A stretch of 64,000 bases of DNA from positions 42,788 to 106,787 of the forward strand of contig JAEZKQ010000024.1 in the NCBI GenBank assembly GCA_023436115.1, in the 5' to 3' direction. This DNA comes from Bacillota bacterium. GTDB taxonomy: Bacteria > Bacillota > Clostridia > Christensenellales > SZUA-584. Made by a program: the position numbers and the translations under genes. Below, one piece after another: positions 8,230 through 16,366 of the stretch. The notes beneath the pieces were generated by a model. The model made no database searches. It was not told the DNA's origin and saw only the letters and a list, made by a program, of their open reading frames with translations. The first letter of the stretch is position 1. The number at the start of each line of letters is the position of its first letter.

Positions 8230-9156
8230 TCAGATGCCTTCCATCAAGCCCTGATCGTATACGCATTTGGGAAAGCTGTTCATATTCGACTCAAAACGCT
8301 GACCGTTGATATAGGCGTAGTTGTGTCCCGTCCCCACCTCAAAAACCAACGATTTGAGCCACAGACAAATATACTCAGCGCCGTTCTTTTTGTTAAAACG
8401 CGCATCGCCGTACTGGTCGTCACCCAGAACAGGTAATCCGCCGAAAGCCAGATGTGCCCGCACCTGATGAAGCGTGTTGGTCACGGGCCGGACATTGATC
8501 AGCGACATCGTCTCCCCTTGGGCGATCTTCTGATACCGTGTCACGATGGGCTTAGAATCTTTCTTAAACTGTCCAAGTATTGTCACCCGGTTGTTTGCTT
8601 TATTGCGCATGTGATAGCCCAAGAGTTCTTCCTTGTCATTGGCATCACCCTTTACAACACTGTAGTAATACTGAGAAAGCCGCCGCTGATTCAGCGCCTC
8701 GGCAAAGAACAGGTAAGCGTCTTCGTGCTTGGCCATAATCAGAAGGCCGCTGGCGTATTCGTCCAGCGGGTAAATCAGATAAGGCACCATCAGCGCATCC
8801 AGATTGTATTCACCGCGCTTTTTCATATAATATTCCACCATACCCACAGCATTAAGCTCGTCGGTATCGCTAATGGATAAAAGCCCGGCAGGTTTATCTA
8901 CGATAATGATATTCTCATCCTGGTAGACAATAACCGGCGTGAGGTCGATACCGAGTACATCACCCGGAATGTAAAGACAAATTTCATCACCGTCTCGAAC
9001 AGTCTCGTCACCCAAGGCATCCTGACCATTTATGGTAATAATCCGTTTCCTTAGCGCCATCAATAAAGCTTTTTGCGGAAATTCAGGATATCTTTCCGCA
9101 AGAAGATCGAAAAGCACTTGATTTTTATGTGTATTGGCGGCTGTAAACGAAACCAT
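8230..9156 (-). CDS. RluA-family pseudouridine synthase with S4-like N-terminus and divergent active-site motif
   Basis: LHQVRAHLAFGGLPVLGDDQYG and DKPAGLLS are RluA-like. YPLD replaces the usual HRLD at 8761-8772. Confidence 0.7.
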   Translation of the reverse strand: MVSFTAANTHKNQVLFDLLAERYPEFPQKALLMALRKRIITINGQDALGDETVRDGDEICLYIPGDVLGIDLTPVIVYQDENIIIVDKPAGLLSISDTDELNAVGMVEYYMKKRGEYNLDALMVPYLIYPLDEYASGLLIMAKHEDAYLFFAEALNQRRLSQYYYSVVKGDANDKEELLGYHMRNKANNRVTILGQFKKDSKPIVTRYQKIAQGETMSLINVRPVTNTLHQVRAHLAFGGLPVLGDDQYGDARFNKKNGAEYICLWLKSLVFEVGTGHNYAYINGQRFESNMNSFPKCVYDQGLMEGI

Positions 9157-9277
9157 GCTTTAGCTCCTAAGATGAGTAATGCAACAAAAAAGATACTATA
9201 ACAGAGTGAAAAGGAAGTCAAGGAATTGCTAGCTATGGAGCGTTAAAACGCCTTTATCCGATATAACTGGTATAAAG

Positions 9278-9310
9278 AAAAGCGCCAAGGTTTTCACTTG
9301 GCGCTTTGTC
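9278..9310. terminator. bidirectional intrinsic terminator (ends the amt-glnK operon)
   Basis: AAGCGCCAAG/CTTGGCGCTT stem with flanking A- and T-runs. Confidence 0.7.
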
Positions 9311-9361
9311 TCATACTGTGATTAGACGTCAATTGTATTTTTAGCTTTTGCAGCAGTATTT

Positions 9362-9703
9362 TTATAGTGCGTCGTCGCCTACTTCTCCTGTACGAATGCG
9401 GACGGCTTCCAACACATCATACACGAATATCTTGCCGTCTCCGCAGTCACCCTTTGCCGCGCTTTCAATAATGACGTTTTTAATGATATCCACTTCATCA
9501 TCTTTCACGATCATGTCCATCATGACTTTGGGCAGCAGATCCAGATGAAATTTCTCGCCGCGCCACACCTGCACAACGCCCTTTTGCTTGCCATGGCCCA
9601 TCACCTCAGTGATCGTCACGCCCCGATAACGACCGACTTTCTCCAAAGCAGTGCGCACGTTCTCAAGCATCTCAGGCCGAATAATCGCCTTTACGTGTTT
9701 CAT
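9362..9703 (-). CDS. glnK: P-II nitrogen regulatory protein
   Basis: MKHVKAIIRPEML...GDGKIFVYDV...RIRTGE. Sits directly downstream of amt. AAGGAGG lies upstream of the ATG at 9703. Confidence 0.9.
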   Translation of the reverse strand: MKHVKAIIRPEMLENVRTALEKVGRYRGVTITEVMGHGKQKGVVQVWRGEKFHLDLLPKVMMDMIVKDDEVDIIKNVIIESAAKGDCGDGKIFVYDVLEAVRIRTGEVGDDAL

Positions 9704-9723
9704 TAAAGCCACCTCCTTATATA

Positions 9724-11058
9724 TTACTTATTCTTTTCTTCTACGCGAACCGCCATGTCTGAGATCAGAGACGGACGGCGAATAACAAATTCGGGATACG
9801 CTGTATTGCCGTGTTCTCCGATATCAAGACCCTCGATCTCTTCTTTAAGCGACACTCTAAGGCCCATCGTAACCTTGATGAGCAGCCACACGAGCAGTGA
9901 CCCGATAAAGACGAATCCCGCCACTGCCGCTGCACCCAGCGCCTGCACACCCAGCAGATTCCATCCGCCTCCAAAGAACAGACCGTCTGCACCTCCGTTA
10001 AACTGGCTCTGTGCAAACAGGCCGACAAACAGAGTCCCCAGCACACCGCAGAAAAGGTGAACCGCAGTCGCACCCACCGGGTCGTCGATCTTGAGCTTAT
10101 CAAACATACGTACCGCCACAACAACGAGTACACCTGCTATCGCACCGATAATCATAGCGCTTGTGACGCTGACGTATGCGCACCCTGCCGTGACTGCCAC
10201 AAGACCCGCAAGACATCCATTAATCGTCATACCAAGGTCCGGCTTGCCGATCAGAATCCATGAAGCCGCTGTCGATGTGAGTACCGCAACGATTGCCGAC
10301 GTGTTGGTCGTGACCAAAATGTGTGAGATGGATTCGGGGTTTGCTGCCATAGTGGAGCCGGGGTTAAACCCAAACCAGCCAAGCCACAGGACAAACAAAC
10401 CAATGGTGGCTATCGGCATATTGTGACCCGGAATTGGGTTGATCTTGCCGCTTGGGCCATATTTGCCAAAGCGAGGCCCTAAGACCAGCACGCCCGCCAA
10501 AGCTGCCCAGCCGCCGACCGAGTGAACCACCGTCGATCCGGCGAAATCTTGGAACCCCATGCTCGACAGCCAACCGCCGCCCCATATCCAGTGCCCAACG
10601 ATCGGATAGATGATCATGGTCAGGACAAGCGAGAACGCGATGAACGAAATATACTTGATACGCTCCGCAACCGCACCCGAGACGATTGTAGCAGCTGTTC
10701 CGCAGAACACCAACTGGAAGAAGAACTTTGCCCAGAAAGGAATACCGGTCCAGGAAATTGACGAATAGACACCCTGGTAGGCATCGCCAACCGCCGGAGA
10801 ATTATCCGCACCGCTTGCCATAAATAAACCGTTTAAACCTATAAAGCCATTGCCATCGCCAAACATGAGCCCCCAGCCGAGCACAAGAAACCCGAGTGAG
10901 GAGACAGCAAAGACAATGAAGTTCTTGGATAGTATGTTGACCGTATTCTTCGATCTTGCAAAACCGCTTTCAACCATTGCAAAGCCCAGATTCATAAAGA
11001 AGACCAACATACCAGCCAGTAATACCCATAAGGTATCAAGAATAACCTGTGTATCCAT
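9724..11058 (-). CDS. amt: ammonium transporter
   Basis: Multi-TM Amt signature (FAMVESG, AGSTVVHSVGGW, GFNPGS). GGGAGG RBS precedes the ATG at 11058. Confidence 0.9.
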   Translation of the reverse strand: MDTQVILDTLWVLLAGMLVFFMNLGFAMVESGFARSKNTVNILSKNFIVFAVSSLGFLVLGWGLMFGDGNGFIGLNGLFMASGADNSPAVGDAYQGVYSSISWTGIPFWAKFFFQLVFCGTAATIVSGAVAERIKYISFIAFSLVLTMIIYPIVGHWIWGGGWLSSMGFQDFAGSTVVHSVGGWAALAGVLVLGPRFGKYGPSGKINPIPGHNMPIATIGLFVLWLGWFGFNPGSTMAANPESISHILVTTNTSAIVAVLTSTAASWILIGKPDLGMTINGCLAGLVAVTAGCAYVSVTSAMIIGAIAGVLVVVAVRMFDKLKIDDPVGATAVHLFCGVLGTLFVGLFAQSQFNGGADGLFFGGGWNLLGVQALGAAAVAGFVFIGSLLVWLLIKVTMGLRVSLKEEIEGLDIGEHGNTAYPEFVIRRPSLISDMAVRVEEKNK

Positions 11059-11091
11059 ACTTACCTCCCTTATATTGTTTCTTAATATAAA

Positions 11092-11138
11092 AACAAGGCT
11101 CAAAAACCAACCATTGAGGTTCGTCTTCGAGCCTTGTT
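11092..11138 (-). promoter_or_regulatory. terminator-like hairpin inside the amt leader
   Basis: Minus-strand reading is AACAAGGCTC-N27-GAGCCTTGTT followed by TTTTTAT, about 30 nt before the amt RBS. Confidence 0.45.
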
Positions 11139-11256
11139 ATCATCTAATTCTATTTGCCTAAGTTTTAAATTATGAACTGCTTAGTCCATACATTCACTTT
11201 TGTACATCTACGTACAAAAAACAACTTTGGCAAGGGCAGCACCCTTGTTTAGCTAT

Positions 11257-11285
11257 ATTATAGCAACCTGAACAGAGAAATGCAA
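11257..11285 (-). promoter_or_regulatory. candidate sigma-A promoter of amt-glnK
   Basis: Minus-strand reading is TTGCAT, 17-nt spacer, TATAAT. Confidence 0.45.
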
Positions 11286-11631
11286 TACCTCTTTTTAAAT
11301 ATTTGCAAGTTTTGTTTTTTGATATTGCATATTTCGTTTCAACAATTAATTTCTGAGCAGCCGACTTAAAATTGACGCTGCTGCCTTGGGCAGTTTCTTT
11401 CTGTTTGGGCGTGAGTAATCGCCAAATATCATCTAAAAATTTGATGGTTAATAAAATCGATAAACAAATTATATTATCAGGATTGTTTGCACAAGAAACC
11501 AGCCCAAAATGAATCGTTTCCGCCTTAGTTGACAACATACCATGAATCATATGACCTTATTGTGATGACCATCAGATATTTGCAGTATTCATTCATGAGT
11601 CATGCAAGAAACTAATATGTGCGGCCTCTCT

Positions 11632-11870
11632 TGCACAAGATTTAAGTATCTGATAATATAATAAAAAAATATTGCTTTGGCAAAGAGCATGACTTTTATA
11701 ATGCCGGCACAGCGACGCGGGGAGGGTGGAAGCCAGCGACGGCTAAAAGGACATGGGCGCTTTAAGAAAGCCAAAGAAAAAAAGCGGGCATTTTATGCCA
11801 AGACGGGTGGAACCGCGGAAAGTTGTCATTTTCGTCCCTGATATGAGGAGGAAATGGCTTTATTTTTATA
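11632..11870 (+). promoter_or_regulatory. glycine T-box leader with its promoter
   Basis: TTGCAC, 17-nt spacer, TAATAT. Conserved T-box sequence GGGTGGAACCGCG near 11805-11817. GGC lies in the putative specifier region. Terminator with T-run at 11855-11868, directly upstream of glyQS. Confidence 0.75.
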
Positions 11871-11882
11871 CCGGAGGAAATT

Positions 11883-13271
11883 ATGAAAAAGGATAAGCAA
11901 ACGATGGAGCGCATCGTCGCGCTCTGCAAAAACAGAGGATATGTCTACCCCGGCTCCGACATTTATGGCGGGCTTGCAAACAGCTGGGACTACGGTCCCT
12001 TAGGCGTTGAATTCAAAAACAATGTCAAACAGGCGTGGTGGAAAAAGTTTGTTAAGGAATGCCCTTATAACGTCGGTTTGGACGCCGCTATACTCATGAA
12101 CCCGCAGGTATGGGTGGCATCCGGGCATGTGGGCGGCTTTTCCGATCCGCTGATGGACTGTAAGGAATGTAAGTCGCGTTGGCGCGCAGACCACCTCATT
12201 GAAGATTATGCCGCGAAAAAGGGCTTAAGTGTTTCCGTTGCCGCTATGCAAAGCGCCGACATGGAAGCATTTATCGCCGAAAAAGAAATCAGCTGCCCCA
12301 CCTGCGGCAAGCGCAATTTCACGGGTATTCGCAAATTCAACCTGATGTTTAAGACGTTTCAGGGTGTTACAGAAGACAGCGCGAGCGAAATTTTCTTGCG
12401 TCCCGAAACGGCGCAGGGTATATTCGTGAACTTCAAAAACGTGCAGCGTACAACGAGAAAGCGCCTGCCTTTCGGTATCGGGCAAGTGGGCAAATCGTTC
12501 CGCAACGAGATCACGCCGGGCAACTTCATTTTCCGTATTCGTGAATTTGAACAGATGGAGCTGGAATTCTTCTGCGCTCCCGCCGAAGAGATGCAATGGT
12601 TCAATTATTGGAAGGACTTTTGCCACAAGTGGCTGCTGTCATTGGGCATGAAGGAAGAAAACATACGCTTAAGAGACCATGACAAAGAAGAGCTATCCCA
12701 TTATTCCAACGCCACGACGGATATCGAGTTCCTGTTCCCGTTTGGCTGGGGCGAGCTTTGGGGCATTGCCGACCGTACAGACTTTGACTTAAAACAACAC
12801 CAGAATACATCAGGCCAGAGCTTGGAATATGTTGATCCGGTCACCAACGAGAAGTTCCTGCCCTACTGCATTGAGCCGTCCTTGGGTGCGGACCGCGTTG
12901 CTCTCGCTTTCCTCTGCGACGCGTACGACGAAGAGAAGCTGGAAAACGACACGCGCGTGGTATTGCGGCTTTCCCCCGTTCTTGCACCGTTTAAGGCCGC
13001 CGTGCTGCCGATGCAAAAGCAGCTTAACGAGAAGGCAGGCGAGGTTTACGACATGCTGCTTAAAGACCACATGGTTGATTTCGATGTGACGGGCAGCATT
13101 GGCAAGCGGTATCGCCGTCAGGACGAAATTGGCACACCGTACTGCATCACTGTGGATTTTGATACGCTTAATGACAATCAGGTGACCATTCGCGACCGCG
13201 ACACCATGCAGCAGATTCGCATGGATATCAGCAAGGTCAGCGCGTACATTGCTGAGAAAGTAAAATTTTAA
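11883..13271 (+). CDS. glyQS: glycine--tRNA ligase (homodimeric type)
   Basis: 462 aa. Class II aaRS motifs ([30 protein letters not shown]). Confidence 0.95.
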   Translation: MKKDKQTMERIVALCKNRGYVYPGSDIYGGLANSWDYGPLGVEFKNNVKQAWWKKFVKECPYNVGLDAAILMNPQVWVASGHVGGFSDPLMDCKECKSRWRADHLIEDYAAKKGLSVSVAAMQSADMEAFIAEKEISCPTCGKRNFTGIRKFNLMFKTFQGVTEDSASEIFLRPETAQGIFVNFKNVQRTTRKRLPFGIGQVGKSFRNEITPGNFIFRIREFEQMELEFFCAPAEEMQWFNYWKDFCHKWLLSLGMKEENIRLRDHDKEELSHYSNATTDIEFLFPFGWGELWGIADRTDFDLKQHQNTSGQSLEYVDPVTNEKFLPYCIEPSLGADRVALAFLCDAYDEEKLENDTRVVLRLSPVLAPFKAAVLPMQKQLNEKAGEVYDMLLKDHMVDFDVTGSIGKRYRRQDEIGTPYCITVDFDTLNDNQVTIRDRDTMQQIRMDISKVSAYIAEKVKF

Positions 13272-13336
13272 TTATTTGAGGGCTCTGCCCTCTGTTCCCA
13301 CATCTCTTCTCAAATATAAGAAGAAAAAGACTGATA

Positions 13337-13367
13337 AGCCATACCTCTGAAGCGGTATGGCTTTTTG
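13337..13367 (+). terminator. intrinsic terminator after glyQS
   Basis: AGCCATACC/GGTATGGCT stem followed by TTTTT. Confidence 0.7.
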
Positions 13368-13452
13368 ATTCTTTTGCAAAGTTCGCTTGACATTTTGTGC
13401 AAAGTGTACTATGCTATTTTTGCAAAGCGTACTTTGCAATGGAGGCACAGTA

Positions 13453-13659
13453 TTGAACACAAAAATCAAAGAACTGAGAAAAAAGAATAAGCTGTCTCAA
13501 GAAGAGCTGGCAATGGCTGTGGGTACAACACGTCAGACGATCACCTCTATCGAATGCGGCAAATATACTGCATCGCTGGTATTGGCTTACAAGATTGCAC
13601 GGTATTTTGGACTGCGCATAGAAGATGTTTTCGATTTTTCCGATGTGGAGGATTATTAA
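13453..13659 (+). CDS. small XRE-family HTH regulator (YozG-like)
   Basis: GGAGG lies 7 nt before TTG at 13453. LSQEELAMAVGTTRQTITSIECGKYTAS is an HTH_3 pattern. Confidence 0.75.
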   Translation: MNTKIKELRKKNKLSQEELAMAVGTTRQTITSIECGKYTASLVLAYKIARYFGLRIEDVFDFSDVEDY

Positions 13660-14109
13660 ATGGAACAATATAAAAGCACATTAAAAGGAAGATCTTTACT
13701 TTTAGGCGCTGGCATTATTTTGTTACTGGCGTTATTAACACTGACACAGACCGGTATTATCAGCGCTTTGGGTACCGGTACGTTTTCCGACTTTTTGCGC
13801 GGCTTCCAGTTGGGTTTACTGATTGGCATTACTGTTATTTTTGTCATTTTGGCATGTAGAAATTTAGTATTATTACGTTCCGAAGATAAGCTAAAGGCTG
13901 CGTTCTATGCCGAAAACGACGAGCGCACCAAACTAATCATGATGAAAATTGGCGGGATGGCCATGTATGTTTGCATCATCGCGATTTTGCTTGCCGGTAT
14001 CGTTGCGGGGTATTTCAATGAAACAGTCTTCTTCTCATTAGCAGGATGTGCAGTATTTCTGTTGCTGGTGCGCGGTATACTTAAAATATATTATTGGAAA
14101 AAGTATTAG
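13660..14109 (+). CDS. membrane protein (DUF2178-like partner of the XRE regulator)
   Basis: Four hydrophobic segments. Its start abuts the XRE stop. Confidence 0.6.
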   Translation: MEQYKSTLKGRSLLLGAGIILLLALLTLTQTGIISALGTGTFSDFLRGFQLGLLIGITVIFVILACRNLVLLRSEDKLKAAFYAENDERTKLIMMKIGGMAMYVCIIAILLAGIVAGYFNETVFFSLAGCAVFLLLVRGILKIYYWKKY

Positions 14110-14118
14110 GAGAATATC

Positions 14119-14337
14119 ATGAACCGTAAAAAATATATAACCCCGCTTGTTATAGCAGGCGCCGTAAGCTTTATATACTTTGGAATCGGAAACCTGGTGG
14201 GTATACCGGAATTTTTCAAGGGCCTCTTGATAGGCATTTGTCTTGTTTGTTATACAGCAGCATGTCTTTCAAATAGAATTACGCGCACACGCCGTTGGAA
14301 AAAGGGCTTAATACAAAAGATCAGTATACGCCATTGA
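14119..14337 (+). CDS. small two-TM membrane protein
   Basis: AGGAG RBS and two hydrophobic helices. Confidence 0.5.
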   Translation: MNRKKYITPLVIAGAVSFIYFGIGNLVGIPEFFKGLLIGICLVCYTAACLSNRITRTRRWKKGLIQKISIRH

Positions 14338-14791
14338 AAATCGCTGCCTTTCAAGGCTAATAAATAAGGGGTCGCTCCGCCGCGTTAGCGGCCTTTTTCT
14401 TGCCCACGATCATATTCTTCCATTGATATCTACTATACTAATTTAGTCGAACCTTTTTGATATATTTTCAAGGATTTTTGGATATATCTGTCGAATAAGA
14501 GTCTAATGCCGCGCGGCACAGTTATCCGCCTATGATTTTTGCCGATAACAGGCAGTGGGATTCTATTGTTGCTTTATATGAGAGCCGATGGTTACAGAAA
14601 TGACTAAATCAAGAAGCAGATAATTTCTTTTGGTCAGAACTTTCGCTTGTTTTTATTCATTATGAAACAATACGAAAATCGACGGATGAAAAACCTGTGT
14701 AATAATGAATAGTCGAATATAGCATTCACATAAAAAATAGAGCAACAAGACGTATAACTAATTTTTTTATTTGTATTTGAGGGGGACTTAT

Positions 14792-15673
14792 ATGACCGAG
14801 CGTGATTTGATTGCAGCCATCAGGGATGACTACGATAATTTTGGGCTTCGCCATACTCTTTCCGATTGGTATGAAGCAAACGGGCAGGCAGACCGCGCGA
14901 AATGGATACGGGCCTGTGTCGATTGCAAACGGTATCCGTTTAACAGTGCAGAATTTGAACAAGCCACAATCTCGAGGCGGGATGCATGGTGGCGCTGCAA
15001 GCCGGATTATTGGAATGAAATGAGTGTGGGCCTTGCCATGAGCCTGTTTTGGGACCTGGGTATGTATACCGTCTCGTTTGCGGAAGGCCACGGCTCCGGT
15101 GCCAGCCCCAAAGCCGTCAAGCTCGTTGGGGCGCAAAAATGGCTGGGACGGGCCTATGACGAAGGCTGGGTGCTTCGTATGGACATGCGTTTTGATGACG
15201 GCTTTCTCGGCAAGCATGTCGCCAGGTGGAAGCCTCCTGTATCACAAATACCGATGTGGGTCAAACCGGCACCTCAGGTCACGAACGAAGGGCTGGAAAC
15301 TATATTCAAACTGCCGCAGCTCTGCGGGATATCCTTTTTCAGCGATACGCTCAAAAGCTGCAGTGCCGTATTAAAACTCGGGCAGGTCAAAAGGCTGCGC
15401 CGTTTAAAGATGGATGTTCGTTTTTTTGACCTCGATAGATGGGCACTGATCATGGAGCAGATTTTGCAGCTTGATAATCTTTATGAGCTGATGCTCGAGG
15501 CGGAATGGAACCCGGAGTTTGGACTGCGCCCCACAGACGAGGATATCCTGCGTTTTGCGTCGCTTAAAAACTTAAAAAAGCTTGATCTTGTGAAGGCGAC
15601 TGCGGTCACCCAAGCGGCCATCGAGCAGCTATCGGCGCTTCGCCCAGACCTTCGCATCACACATACGGTTTAA
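14792..15673 (+). CDS. TIGR02996-like N-terminal domain + leucine-rich-repeat protein
   Basis: GAGGGGG RBS before the ATG at 14792. The N-terminus ERDLIAAIRDDYDNFGLRHTLSDWYEANGQADRAKWIR resembles the repeat-companion domain. The C-terminal half has an LxxLxL periodicity. Confidence 0.6.
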   Translation: MTERDLIAAIRDDYDNFGLRHTLSDWYEANGQADRAKWIRACVDCKRYPFNSAEFEQATISRRDAWWRCKPDYWNEMSVGLAMSLFWDLGMYTVSFAEGHGSGASPKAVKLVGAQKWLGRAYDEGWVLRMDMRFDDGFLGKHVARWKPPVSQIPMWVKPAPQVTNEGLETIFKLPQLCGISFFSDTLKSCSAVLKLGQVKRLRRLKMDVRFFDLDRWALIMEQILQLDNLYELMLEAEWNPEFGLRPTDEDILRFASLKNLKKLDLVKATAVTQAAIEQLSALRPDLRITHTV

Positions 15674-15750
15674 TTTTAGTTTACGGTCTTGTGCTGGGCG
15701 CTTTATCCCCCCCTGCAGCCGTATTGTTAATACAACTACAAAGAGGCTTA

Positions 15751-16214
15751 ATGGATATGCGGATCATCGGCAGGCCCGAATTTTATATTTGCGGATATGC
15801 CACAAAAACGACTCTCGAGAATAACGATGGCGATATCGGCCAGCTGTATAAAGACTTCTGCAACACAGGCAAAGAGCAGCTCCTGATTGGCCTTCCGGGT
15901 TGTAAACCCGGTTTTTATGGACTGGAGTGGTACACCCCGGATCACAAGAGTTTTTACTATTTGCTGGGCAAACAGGTTGATAAGCCGGAATCTGTTCCTG
16001 ACGGCGCAATGGTCAAAACCATTCCTGCCGCGCAATATGCGGTTTACGACGCGCCTTTGGGTACAAGTCTGGTGAATGTTTGGACTCATTTTTTCTACAC
16101 CGTTATTCCTGAGCAAGGTTACCGCCCTGACGAAAGCCACGGATTTACTTCGAATACTATTCAACCACCACGAATGGCAGCTGTGAACTTTGGGTACCTG
16201 TCGTAAGAATTTAA
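15751..16214 (+). pseudogene. GyrI-like / AraC-effector-binding-domain protein, frameshifted near the C-terminus
   Basis: The reading frame ends in atypical ...GFTSNTIQPPRMAAVNFGYLS*. The +1 frame from 16149 reads FEYYSTTTNGSCELWVPVVRI*, stopping at 16212-16214. Confidence 0.65.
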
Positions 16215-16366
16215 ACCTTTACCGCTGTTCAAAGAGCAGTGCAAAATTCTTTTGAATGATAAACCCCTCTCACCTTTAAAAACCAAGCCTTGACTTGACA
16301 AATTACATACCAAAAACTATCCTAGAAAGATAATTAAGAAGAAATCACCAGTGCAGGAGATGCTTT

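Noticed and set aside
9362-9703. The GlnK T-loop has Phe where enteric P-II proteins have the uridylylated Tyr51 (RGEKF versus RGAEY).
   Set aside because: Uridylylation is not general outside Proteobacteria and Actinobacteria, so this is probably normal for the lineage.
11197-11219. TTTTGTAC-N6-GTACAAAA in the amt leader, considered as a TnrA/GlnR box or an ANTAR hairpin.
   Set aside because: The TnrA/GlnR site is TGTNA-N7-TNACA (17 nt), and this one is a nucleotide short with C at the N-A position. ANTAR targets need two hexaloop hairpins with conserved A1/G4, which I could not find. It is kept only as an unexplained structure within the leader finding.
11194-11550. 118-aa minus-strand ORF in the amt/glyQS intergenic region.
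   Set aside because: It has no RBS and a Cys/Lys-rich implausible sequence. It would run through the predicted amt promoter and leader. I treat the 11290-11630 stretch as non-coding, but it remains unexplained.
14481-14498. An 18-nt near-identity, GGATATAT[C/A]TGTCGAAT, shared with 32999-33020 (opposite strand), considered as a dispersed repeat.
   Set aside because: Flanking similarity decays to about 50 percent. Matches of 17 out of 18 are expected a few times by chance among all pairs in 64 kb of AT-rich DNA. It is reported only in the context of the Spo0A-box observation.
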